Positions 40,893 through 50,000 of a DNA stretch of 64,000 bases are shown here, in pieces. The first letter of the stretch is position 1; each line of letters starts with the position of its first letter. The notes below the pieces were generated by a model. The model did no database searches and was not told where the DNA came from. It was given only the letters and a program-made list of their open reading frames with translations. The DNA is taken from the NCBI GenBank assembly GCA_035352895.1, contig DAOPYN010000013.1, forward strand, positions 6,361 through 70,360, written 5' to 3'. The DNA comes from Fibrobacteria bacterium (GTDB lineage: Bacteria; Fibrobacterota; Fibrobacteria; UBA5070). The translations under genes were made by a program, and so were the position numbers.

Positions 40893-41525
40893 ATGAATAC
40901 CCACCCCTGGAAGATGGACGACGACGACGACGAGGACTCGCACTGCCCCGACTGCCATGGCAAGGAGAAGGACAAGGAAGAGAGCCTGGAGAAGAAGCTC
41001 TCCGAGAGCTTCCTCAAGAATCGTCGCGTGTTCCTGTGGGGACAGGTCGACGACAAGTCGGCCAAGGAAGTGGTCGCCCGGCTTCTGTATCTGGATAGCC
41101 TGAGCCAGGAGGATATCGTCCTTCTGGTGAACAGCCCGGGAGGCGTGATCACCTCCGGAACGGCCATCCTGGACGCCATGGATGCGGTGAAATCCGACGT
41201 GGTCACCGTGGTGATGGGGCAGGCCGCATCCATGGGCGCGGTGATCGCCGCCTACGGAGCCAAGGGCAAGCGCTACGCATGGAAGCGCAGCAGGGTCATG
41301 ATCCACCAGCCGTTGATTTCCGGAACCATGTACGGACCGGCGTCGGACATCCAGATCCAAGCCGAGGAGATGCTCCGCATCCGCCGCGAACTCAACCAGC
41401 TCCTGGCGGACGCTTCGGGCAAGACCCTGGAGCAACTGGAGATCGACACCGACCGCGACAACATCATGACCGCCACCGAGGCCTGCTCCTACGGATTGGT
41501 GGACAAGGTCGAAAACTTCTCCTGA
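40893..41525 (+). CDS. clpP: ClpP-family serine protease subunit with an atypical acidic/Cys-His N-terminus
   Basis: AGGAGA RBS 7 nt upstream of ATG 40893. Catalytic-triad context is present (GQAASMG Ser, VMIHQP His, DTDRDNIM Asp). The first ~35 aa (MNTHPWKMDDDDDEDSHCPDCHGKEKDKEE) replace the canonical axial-loop N-terminus. Confidence 0.8.
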   Translation: MNTHPWKMDDDDDEDSHCPDCHGKEKDKEESLEKKLSESFLKNRRVFLWGQVDDKSAKEVVARLLYLDSLSQEDIVLLVNSPGGVITSGTAILDAMDAVKSDVVTVVMGQAASMGAVIAAYGAKGKRYAWKRSRVMIHQPLISGTMYGPASDIQIQAEEMLRIRRELNQLLADASGKTLEQLEIDTDRDNIMTATEACSYGLVDKVENFS

Positions 41526-41551
41526 CGGAATCCGACGCTCCTTCCGGCGCG

Positions 41552-41570
41552 TTTGACGGAATCCGTCAAA
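41552..41570. promoter_or_regulatory. Perfect 8-3-8 palindrome between clpP and the rluA-family gene
   Basis: TTTGACGG-AAT-CCGTCAAA. The 12-mer TGACGGAATCCG also occurs at 41523-41534, spanning the clpP stop codon. Confidence 0.35.
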
Positions 41571-41622
41571 TATCCTCGGGTCGACGTCCGGTCTCGCGGT
41601 CGTCGGCACGGGAGGGCTCCTG

Positions 41623-42558
41623 ATGGCTGTTCTTCCCGGCGACGACGGTCCCTACGTGTTCGCTAGCGTGGTCCCCTCCCCAGGGGGAGCCGCGCTCGTG
41701 GAGTACTTGGCGGGCCGCTTCACCTACCGTTCCCGCGAACAATGGCTGGAGCGCATCCGCGCGGGCGATGTGCGCATCGGTGGCGAGGATCGGCCTTCTC
41801 CGGATCGGATCCTGGTCGCGGGGGAGGCGCTGGAATGCATCCACCGCGACTACGTGGAGCCCGAAATCCCCACCGATTGGCGGATCGTGGCTCTGGGCGA
41901 CGATTGGCTCGCCGTGGCCAAACCTTCCGGCATGCCCGTCCATTCCACGCCCAGGATCTACCGTCAAAGCCTGGTGTGGCAGGTCCGCAAGTTGTGGGGA
42001 GCGGATTGGTCGCCCGTCCACCGCATCGACCGCGACACCTCGGGGCTGGTCCTGTTCGCCCGTGGATCCCGGCTTCTGGGGTGGCTCAACCGGGCCTTCG
42101 AGCATCGACGGGTGGAAAAGGTCTATCTGGCCCGGGTCCATGGACGCGTGGACGAGGCGATGGTCGCCGACGGCCCCATCGGGTCCGCCGACGATCCGGA
42201 AATCTCCGTGCGCCAGGCCGTCCGCTCCGAGGGCAGGGAGGCGCGGACGGAAATCCGTCCGATCGCACCCGGACCCGACTGCACGACGTGGATCCTTGCC
42301 AGGCCCTTCCAGGGACGCATGCACCAGATCCGGGTGCATTGCCAGAGTCTTGGCCACCCGCTGGTGGGGGATCTCCTCTACGATGGCCGGGAGGGGGAGG
42401 GGTACAAGCGCCGTGCCGGGGCCGACCCGTCCGAATCGCCGCTCGAACGCCTGCAACTGCACGCCTACCAGTTGCGATTCCACCCCGCACCGCCGGGGAC
42501 TCTTCCCGATCTCCTGAGATGCCCTTCGGAATCCTTTCCCTTTCCTGGTCCCATGTGA
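41623..42558 (+). CDS. RluA-family pseudouridine synthase
   Basis: S4-like N-terminus, then AVAKPSGMPVH and HRIDRDTSGLVLFA (catalytic Asp motif), then GRMHQIRVH. Confidence 0.88.
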   Translation: MAVLPGDDGPYVFASVVPSPGGAALVEYLAGRFTYRSREQWLERIRAGDVRIGGEDRPSPDRILVAGEALECIHRDYVEPEIPTDWRIVALGDDWLAVAKPSGMPVHSTPRIYRQSLVWQVRKLWGADWSPVHRIDRDTSGLVLFARGSRLLGWLNRAFEHRRVEKVYLARVHGRVDEAMVADGPIGSADDPEISVRQAVRSEGREARTEIRPIAPGPDCTTWILARPFQGRMHQIRVHCQSLGHPLVGDLLYDGREGEGYKRRAGADPSESPLERLQLHAYQLRFHPAPPGTLPDLLRCPSESFPFPGPM

Positions 42559-42571
42559 TAGACTGGAAACT

Positions 42572-43519
42572 GTGATCCACCAACCCTCGAGGACGTGTCG
42601 CATCGTGCTGCTCTCCGATCAGCCGATGGCGGAGCGGTTCGGCCAGATCCTCCTGCAGGTGGCTTCCGAGCAGTTGTGGCTGCAGGTGCAGTGCAATGCC
42701 GAGGCCACACCGCCCTCTCCAGGCGAAGTCGTGGTGGTGGTGGCGGATGCCGGGATGGAAGCCCAGGTGCCCTGGATCGAGCAGGACCAGTTGGTCGCCT
42801 GCCGACTGGAACTGCCCCGGGACCTTCGCGAATCCGATGTGGCCACCCTGACGGAATGGGTGCTCAGCGTGGGCAGGCTCCAGGTGGAGAGGGTCTCGCT
42901 GCGCAGGCTGGTGGATCGGTTCGAGGAACGGATCAAGCGGGATTCGGGGCGCGTGCGGATGGCCGATCTCCTCCAGGAAGCCAACAATCGCCTCCAGGAA
43001 CAGTCGGTGCGCGACGGACTCACGGGGATCCCCAACCGCAGGCGCTTCGAAGAACATTTCGATTTCCTCTGGGGGCGCGCGGTTGGCGATTGCGTGCCCA
43101 TCACCTTGATCCTTTCAGACATCGACTTCTTCAAGAAGCTCAACGACCGATTGGGGCATCAGGCTGGCGACCGCTGTCTGCAGGAGGTGGCCCACAAGCT
43201 CGCGGGACTGGTGGAGGGGGAAGACGATCTGGTCGCCCGATACGGAGGCGAGGAGTTCGTCGTGCTGCTGTGGGACGCCGATCGCCAACGTGCGCAGCAG
43301 ATGGCGGAAAAGCTCCGGATCGGCGTGCGCGAACTGGGTATCGCCCATCCCGACCATCCCGCGGGAATCGTGACCATCAGCCTGGGCGTGACCTGTGCCA
43401 CACCCTCGTTGACATCTTCTGCCGAGGACTTCCTGCACCAGGCCGACGACCTTCTGTACCATGCGAAGAGTGCTGGACGCGACCGGTGGGAGATCCTCCC
43501 TGCGGAGGGGGGGGCATGA
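42572..43519 (+). CDS. Diguanylate cyclase (GGEEF) with a degenerate receiver-like N-terminal domain
   Basis: GTG start. GGDEF domain: DGLTGIPNRRRFEE, SDIDFFKKLNDRLGHQAGD, RYGGEEFVVLL. The N-terminal ~130 aa have a REC-like beta/alpha pattern (RIVLLSDQ, VVVVVADAGM) but lack clear T/S and K signature residues. Confidence 0.85.
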   Translation: MIHQPSRTCRIVLLSDQPMAERFGQILLQVASEQLWLQVQCNAEATPPSPGEVVVVVADAGMEAQVPWIEQDQLVACRLELPRDLRESDVATLTEWVLSVGRLQVERVSLRRLVDRFEERIKRDSGRVRMADLLQEANNRLQEQSVRDGLTGIPNRRRFEEHFDFLWGRAVGDCVPITLILSDIDFFKKLNDRLGHQAGDRCLQEVAHKLAGLVEGEDDLVARYGGEEFVVLLWDADRQRAQQMAEKLRIGVRELGIAHPDHPAGIVTISLGVTCATPSLTSSAEDFLHQADDLLYHAKSAGRDRWEILPAEGGA

Positions 43520-44022
43520 TCCATCCGAGAGTCGTGGTGGATGGCGAAGGTGGCGAGCCTTTGAAGAACCTCGTGCCCACCTTCAAGATGTGCGCCTTGC
43601 AGGCGTTGCGGACGGTGGTGCGGATCCCGGTGCTGGCGGGGTCGGGTTGGCTGGTCTGGCCCTCCTACGCGGCCTCCGTGGAGACGGGTGCCGCGGTCGG
43701 ATTCGCTGGAAGCCACTGGAAGTGCCAGTGCGTGGTCTCCAGCGACGAGCGCCTGCGCGTCCTGTTGAGGCCCGATCTGGATCTGGAGCTGTGGGTGGAC
43801 GCCCTGGGGGAAGTCGCCAACACCATCTGCGGGTTGCTCCAGGGGCGGGAGGATTTCCGGGCCGTGTTCGGAACCATGCTGCAATCGCCCCCCGTGGGCA
43901 TGCTGAATGGGCGCATCCGCATCCAAGGGTGGACCGTATCCGGGACCATGACCGCCCAAGCGTACGGGGATGTCCAATTCGCCTTCGGGATCCGCCGAGT
44001 GGAAAGCAATCGTCAGCTCTGA
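43516..44022 (+). CDS. CheX/CheC-type phosphatase-like protein (168 aa)
   Basis: ATGA overlap with the GGDEF gene. Contains an exact D/S-x3-E-x2-N-x22-P motif (D95 ALG E99 VA N102 ...22 aa... P125). Size and beta-rich C-terminus are like CheX. Confidence 0.65.
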   Translation: MIHPRVVVDGEGGEPLKNLVPTFKMCALQALRTVVRIPVLAGSGWLVWPSYAASVETGAAVGFAGSHWKCQCVVSSDERLRVLLRPDLDLELWVDALGEVANTICGLLQGREDFRAVFGTMLQSPPVGMLNGRIRIQGWTVSGTMTAQAYGDVQFAFGIRRVESNRQL

Positions 44023-44062
44023 GGCTGTGTTCCCCGTCCATCGGGGGATTCCGGCTTCGAGC

Positions 44063-45214
44063 CTATCTGCCACCCCACAGTCCGATGTCGCAGGTGGTTC
44101 CGTCCATGTCCTTGCACAGGCGGGGCCCCTTGTCCAAGAGTGGGCTGTGGGCGGACAGGGCCCAGGGCCCGGTTCCGGGTGGTTCGCGCAAGGGCCTTCG
44201 CGGAATCCACCAGGAGGCGGTGTCGAGAGCGCGTCGACGGGCTAGTTCCAGGCGGCGGGCGGTGTCCGAACCGCGCAGGACGGGATCGCGCCTCCAGTTG
44301 CCGAAACGGTCCGGAAGGGTGTCCGCCTTCCAGGATCCAGATCCCGCGGGGCCGCGAACGATGGCCTCGCCGCGGTGTCCGAAGAAGCAATTGCCCTCCA
44401 GGCGGGCGAGCCCCACTCCGTCGAACCGGATTCCGTCGGTGCTCCCTTCCAGAAACAGGTTTCCCCACAGGTGGGGAGACGATCTGCGCGAAACCACGTC
44501 GGAAACGACGCTGCGATGGAACAAGCTGTGCCGCACCGCCGGTGCGCCGCCTCCCAGCACGGCCACGCCCACTCCGCATCGCAGGAAGGAGGCATGGGCC
44601 ACCTCGCCATCGCCACCCAGGAAGGTGATGCCCGTGCGCGCCTGCGAGATCTCCAGCCAGGCGAGTCTCACCTGCTTCGGAGACGTCCGGTCCAGACGGA
44701 TGCCTCCCCAGGACAAACCCTTCGCCAGGGAATCGGGCAGAAAACGGACGGGAGCGGACGGTTTGCCCTCCACCAGAAGAGTACCTCCCGCCATCACCAG
44801 GAGACTGGTGCCGTCCTGGTTCGTGGAATCCGGGCAGGCGTCGCGGGAAGCCATCTGCACTTCCACGCCCGGTCCGATGGTCAACGTCTGTCCGGGCCCC
44901 ACCACGACCGTTCCGGAAAGCCGCAGGATGCCGTCGCGACGGGTCCATCCGACCTGCTTGCGCGTCAATGGCCCGCACAGACCTTCGGGGCGCTTGCGGA
45001 GCCGGGGCGCGTCGGGGGCCTCGGGTCGTTTCGCCTTCGGGGGGGGGGCGCTCCGCGACTCCTGGTGGAGATCGGGCGCCAGGAGCGATGAAGGTGGTGT
45101 GTCCTGGCCCTGCTCGACGGCCCCGAGAACAGGCGACTCGTGGGGAGTGGGCTCGCGGGCACTGGAAGGTTCCGAGCCCCAGAGGCTGGCGGTGAGGATC
45201 AGGATCGCACGCAC
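44063..45214 (-). CDS. Secreted right-handed beta-helix-like repeat protein, hypothetical
   Basis: GTG start and signal-like MRAILILTASLWG. A P/K-rich linker is followed by repeated G-rich beta-helix-like segments (GTLLVEG, GITFLGGDGEV, GVGVAVLGG, NLFLEGSTDGIRFDG, NCFFG). Confidence 0.6.
   Translation of the reverse strand: MRAILILTASLWGSEPSSAREPTPHESPVLGAVEQGQDTPPSSLLAPDLHQESRSAPPPKAKRPEAPDAPRLRKRPEGLCGPLTRKQVGWTRRDGILRLSGTVVVGPGQTLTIGPGVEVQMASRDACPDSTNQDGTSLLVMAGGTLLVEGKPSAPVRFLPDSLAKGLSWGGIRLDRTSPKQVRLAWLEISQARTGITFLGGDGEVAHASFLRCGVGVAVLGGGAPAVRHSLFHRSVVSDVVSRRSSPHLWGNLFLEGSTDGIRFDGVGLARLEGNCFFGHRGEAIVRGPAGSGSWKADTLPDRFGNWRRDPVLRGSDTARRLELARRRALDTASWWIPRRPLREPPGTGPWALSAHSPLLDKGPRLCKDMDGTTCDIGLWGGR
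45039..45048. repeat. G10/C10 homopolymer inside the 5' part of the beta-helix gene
   Basis: Ten consecutive G on the plus strand (C10 in the coding sense, encoding APPPK). This is the longest homopolymer I found in the window. Confidence 0.9.
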
Positions 45215-45298
45215 GCGTCCAGTCTACCATCCACGGCGATCCGTAGATGTTTTTACGTTCCAGACCTCAGTTGCCCACCCAAATCTCCTGGAGAATCC

Positions 45299-46360
45299 AT
45301 GAAATCGCTGTTTAGAAGCTTCGGAGGCTCGTTCGTCTTCACCATCGTGTGTCTGACGACGGCGTTCTGGATCGGATACCGGGCCGGCGGATCCCTCGCG
45401 GCCGGCTTCGCGGCATTGTTCACCGCGGGGATGCTGGGCATCCTGGAAGTCTCCCTTTCCTTCGACAATGCCGTGGTCAACGCCAAGGTGCTGACGGGCA
45501 TGTCCCAATTCTGGCGCAAGATGTTCCTGACTGTCGGCGTTTTGATCGCCGTCTTCGGAATGCGGGTGGTGTTTCCGTTGATCATCGTGTGGGCCGTGGG
45601 CGATGCGACCGCCGGCGAAGTCCTTCGCATGACCTGGGAGAATCCCGCCAAGTTCCAGGAAACCTTGGTGAACCAGCATGTCGTGGTGGCGGGTTTCGGC
45701 GGAGCTTTCCTATGGATGGTCTTCACCCGGTTCTTCTTCGACCACGAGAAGGACACCCACTGGCTTTCCTTCCTGGAAAAGCCCCTGGCCAAGGCCGGAA
45801 AGATGGAGGCCGTGTGGGTCACCTTCACCATGATCATCAGCTTCGTTTTTTCCCGCTTCATTCCCGACGGGCACGGACCGGCCTTCCTTTCCGCTTCCAT
45901 GATGGGCATCCTGGTGTTCCTGATGGTGGAAGGACTTTCGTCCATCTTGAATGGCGAGGAAGAGGAGAGCTCCACCGGGGACGTGGTCAGAACCGCCGGA
46001 ACGGCGGGATTCGCCTCGTTCGCCTACCTGGAAGTCCTGGACGCCTCGTTCTCCTTCGATGGCGTGATCGGAGCCTTCGCCATCACCAACAACCTGTTCA
46101 TCATCGCCCTGGGGTTGGGGATCGGCGCCATGTTCGTGCGTTCGCTCACCATCAAGCTGGTGGAAGTGGGGACGCTGCAGACCTACACCTACCTGGAACA
46201 CGGGGCTTTCTGGGCCATCGGTGCGCTTTCCCTGATCATGTACCTGAGCGCGGCGGGCAACCACATCCCCGAAGTGGTCTCCGGTACCGTGGGCCTGGTC
46301 TTGATCGCGGCCAGCTTCGTGACCAGCGTGATCTCCAATCGCCGCGCCGCCCAGGCCTGA
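45299..46360 (+). CDS. DUF475/TerC-like integral membrane protein
   Basis: Polytopic protein with duplicated LEVSLSFDNAVVNA / LEVLDASFSFDGVIGAFA motifs characteristic of DUF475. Confidence 0.65.
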   Translation: MKSLFRSFGGSFVFTIVCLTTAFWIGYRAGGSLAAGFAALFTAGMLGILEVSLSFDNAVVNAKVLTGMSQFWRKMFLTVGVLIAVFGMRVVFPLIIVWAVGDATAGEVLRMTWENPAKFQETLVNQHVVVAGFGGAFLWMVFTRFFFDHEKDTHWLSFLEKPLAKAGKMEAVWVTFTMIISFVFSRFIPDGHGPAFLSASMMGILVFLMVEGLSSILNGEEEESSTGDVVRTAGTAGFASFAYLEVLDASFSFDGVIGAFAITNNLFIIALGLGIGAMFVRSLTIKLVEVGTLQTYTYLEHGAFWAIGALSLIMYLSAAGNHIPEVVSGTVGLVLIAASFVTSVISNRRAAQA

Positions 46361-46369
46361 GCATCGCTC

Positions 46370-46394
46370 GCTACCCGCCAAGAGGGCGGGTAGC
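46370..46394 (+). terminator. Hairpin (terminator candidate) after the DUF475 gene
   Basis: Perfect 10-bp stem GCTACCCGCC-AAGAG-GGCGGGTAGC. The trailing T tract is weak (TACATTTCGG). Confidence 0.45.
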
Positions 46395-46435
46395 TACATT
46401 TCGGAGCTGTTCTTGAACCACTTCCATTTGAAAGG

Positions 46436-46672
46436 ATGACCATCATGGCAATCACAAAAGTCTGGCTCGACGAATCCGAGAACGAGTGCACCATGTGCGG
46501 CGCTTGCGAGGCCGTGGCGGATTCCGTGTTCTCCGTTCCGGAAAAGATGACCGTGAAGGCCGGTGTCGACTTCTCCAAGTTCGAATCCGAAATCAAGGAA
46601 GCCGCGGACGGTTGCCCGGTCGCCACCATCGCCTACGCCGAAGACGGCTCGAGCAAGCGCGCCAACGCCTAA
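46436..46672 (+). CDS. Small ferredoxin (single Fe-S cluster type)
   Basis: AAAGGA RBS. CTMCGACE...DGCPV matches the CxxCxxC...CP spacing of 3Fe/4Fe ferredoxins. 78 aa. Confidence 0.8.
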   Translation: MTIMAITKVWLDESENECTMCGACEAVADSVFSVPEKMTVKAGVDFSKFESEIKEAADGCPVATIAYAEDGSSKRANA

Positions 46673-46696
46673 GCGAACGCCTCGCTCCATGCATCC

Positions 46697-46738
46697 GGTC
46701 CCGGATCCCCCGGTGGGGTCCGGGACCTTTCGTTTCTT
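46697..46738 (+). terminator. Rho-independent terminator after the ferredoxin gene
   Basis: GGTCCCGGATCCCC-CGGT-GGGGTCCGGGACC (one bulge) followed by TTTCGTTTCTT. Confidence 0.7.
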
Positions 46739-46792
46739 GGGCTGGACGTGCGGCTGGGGAAGTGGGATACTCCTGCCTCACGGAGGACCGCG

Positions 46793-46987
46793 ATGTCCAT
46801 GGCCCAAGCAAGTTCCGCGTATTTTCGAATTCCCAAATTCACCCACGGAGACCTGGAAGAGGTGATGCAGACCTTCCGTCCCCAGGAGTATGGGGACTTG
46901 GCACCCGACCAGGACCTTCCCTTCTATCCCTTTCCCGGCGCGCCCGCCGCCGACGAAGACGCCTTTCTGCCTCCTCCCACCCACTGA
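46793..46987 (+). CDS. Hypothetical small protein (64 aa)
   Basis: GGAGGA lies 5 nt upstream of ATG 46793. Acidic/Pro-rich product (MSMAQASSAYFRIPKFTHGDLEEVMQTFRPQEYGDL...) with no family recognised. Coding status uncertain. Confidence 0.35.
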   Translation: MSMAQASSAYFRIPKFTHGDLEEVMQTFRPQEYGDLAPDQDLPFYPFPGAPAADEDAFLPPPTH

Positions 46988-47045
46988 GAGGGGCTGATTT
47001 CCGGGGGAACGGTCGCCTCTTCGGGCGGAGTCCCCATCCGGAGGC

Positions 47046-50000
47046 CTATCGTCGCACCAGCCAGCGGGAAGAGATCCGTTCTCCGCCGGCCTCGAGCACC
47101 AGGAGGACCTGTCCGGTGGGCGACGACAACCGCAGAGGTCTTCCGTAGGAGCCCGGATCCATCTCCTCGTCCACGAGGTTCCCCAGCCGTCGTCCCCGCG
47201 GATCGAAGGCATCGATGCGTACCCGGCATCGTCCCAGGCGATCCGGAAGGCTCCAAGCGAGCGCCGCTCCGCGGATCCCCACGGAGAACGGGCGTGGAGC
47301 CCTGGGGCCGGGGGGAAGCCCCGCCAGGATCATGAACGTGCGTTCCTCCTCTTCGCCGACCGCCCACTCCGAGGTTTCCGCCAGGGGGAGCCATCGGTCT
47401 GATTTGTCGTCGTGGATCCAGACTTCCATCAGGGTGTCGCTTCCGGAGCGCAGGCTTTGGAGGATCAGAGGTTGGCGAGGCGTCAGCCCCTGGAGGCGCA
47501 CGATCCAGGTGGTGGACGAATCGGAAGGGACCCGGATGTCCGCAAGCAGGGCCGTCGCGGGAGTTCGCGGATCGTGGAGGGAGGCGCGGAGGCTGGAGCG
47601 GGGCCCCGGGGGAAGCTCCCAGGACCGACTGGACTTGTCCAATCCCGCCCAGATCGCCGAGACGCCGTCGCCGCCCTGGCTTGCCTGGATCCCGATCCTC
47701 AAGGCCGGGGGGGAGAGGAGCGACCGGGCGCGCCAGGCGCCGGAGCCGGACGGACCATCCGGCACGGACGACAGTTGGAGTTCCATCGCCTTGGACGAGC
47801 GGTTGAGGATCGCCGCTCCCCGCCAGGCGCCCCAGCGCAGGGTGGTGTCGGGGATCGACCAGCCCTGGGAAGGGCCGTCGAACAGGTAGGGTCCGGAAAG
47901 ACTCGTCGAATCGCTTCCGGCCAGACGCCAGATCTGCTTCCAGGAGAGGTCGAATCCGAAGGGATTGCCGATGGCGTTCCAGCCCGGCTCCAGTCGGATC
48001 TTCACGATCCTGGACATGGGGAGCGTCCAGCGTCGCGCGATCCAGGGTGTCAGCGGAAGCCCCCGTGTGCGCACCCAGAAGCTCCTGCCCCAGGCATCCA
48101 TGGAATCCCCCTTGAGGAGGTCCTCGAGCCTTCCGGAATCGGCGGCGAAGACCCTCCAGTGGCGGGGGTCGTCCTCGCCCCATTGGGCGCGGAAGGACGC
48201 GTGCGCGCTGCCTTCGCCCCGCAGGTAGGGAAGCGCCAGGAGTTCGTAGCGGTCTTCCGTGCGCTTCCATGGGGAAGCCAAGCTGTCCAGGTGGACCACG
48301 ATGTCCACGGTGTCGGTCCGCGCGACAGTCCGGCCGTCGCGTGCTTCCACCCAGTAGCGACCGCCCAGGGGAAAATCCTGGCGGGAGATCAGGACCAGGC
48401 CGGTATCGGTGATCGATCCCGACAGATCTCGGCAGGAGACGGCATGACCAGCCTTCTGCAGGCACAGGCGTCGGGAGAGTCCGGCGACGTTGTCGCTCGC
48501 GCTCCAGCGGATCAGGACCGGGACGGACCCCATGGAGTCGGTGGAGTGGATCGCGGACACGGCGGGAGCCACGGTGTCCCAGCCCAGCCACCACGAGCGG
48601 ATCCCCCAGGCGGGGAACACCACGAAGTCGCCGGCGGCGACGGAGGTGGCCAGATGGACCTTGCCGGCCGTGTCCATCCAGTACACCGATGGAATTTCGC
48701 CGACACGCCGCTTCGCATCCGGAACCAGCGTCAGGGGCGCCCGGATGCGCACCGTGTCGGGGCCTTCCACGGAGACGACGATCGCCGAGTCCGAACCGGC
48801 GATGCCCCGCGAGGACAGGGACGAATCGCGCACCGTCACGGAAACACCCAGAGGTGTCCCATGCCTGGGCACCGACACCCGGATCCCGTGCCCGGCGCGG
48901 ATCATGACGGAATCCGTCGAAGGAGCCAGCGTGGTGTCCAGCTCCGAGACCCACAGGAGGGCGGAGTCCACGGATCCCTGGAACCGCGCGAACACCCGCG
49001 AGGTCCCCGCGAGCATCCCCAGTACCTTCCCCGAGGATAGGTCGCCGAGGTCGGTGGTCCAGCCCCAATCGACGACGGAACCGGGAAGGAGGGAGTCCGA
49101 GCCGTCGGATCGGCTGAGCACCGCCTGGAACCGGGCGGTGTCGCCGAGGAGGACCTTCAGCGTGCTGGGTCGCAGCTCCAGGGCCAGCGATCTCAACGCG
49201 ATGTGGAACGTGTCGATCGCGCTCGAATCGATTCCTCCGTCGGAGGTGCCCCCGTCGTCGCCCAGGCGCACGTAGAGAGTGTCGTTGCCGGTGACGCCGC
49301 GCAGGGGGGTGAAGCGCAGGGTGCCTTCCGGCGAGAGCGAAGGCTGGACCGCGAACAGTCCGGGCGAGGTGTGCGTCAGGCGGAAGGCGGTCTTCTGGAG
49401 GGATTCGTCGGCTGGACCCGCCTCGATGGAGCGCGCCCAGCCCGCGTGGATGCGTTCGAGGGAATCGGATGCGGCGGTGGGATCGGTTCCCTTGGAGAAC
49501 CGGGGCGGATCGTTGACGGGACGGACGGAGATGGTGAAGCTGTCCACTTCGCTGGAATCGGGGTTGTCCGAGGCGCCCAGACGGATCCTGACCGTCGCGG
49601 TCCCGTTGGAGTCGGCCTGCGAGGCGAAGGTGAGCGTGCCGTCCGCGGAAATGGCCGGCTGCGCGGAAAAGAGGGAGGGATGGTCGTTGGTGGCGCTGAA
49701 CCCCACGCGCTGGCCGTCGGCGCCCGAACCGCCGGAGATGGCGGTGGCCCAACCGGAGATGGTGGTGGGGCCGGCGTCCTCGCGGACGGTGGGGGATGCG
49801 CCCTTGGCGAAGAACGGGGCCTTCCGGGAGACGATCACGTCCACCTGGGAGGAACCGTAGGACACGGCCACGTCCAGGTTGTGCACGTTGTTTCGCGTAC
49901 GCACGGTCGCGAATTGTCCGGAAACGCTTCCCGCCACGGCCACTCCGCCGGCGGTGCCGGTTTCCGAAAGCCCGGCCAGATCCAGGTCCAGGATGGATTT

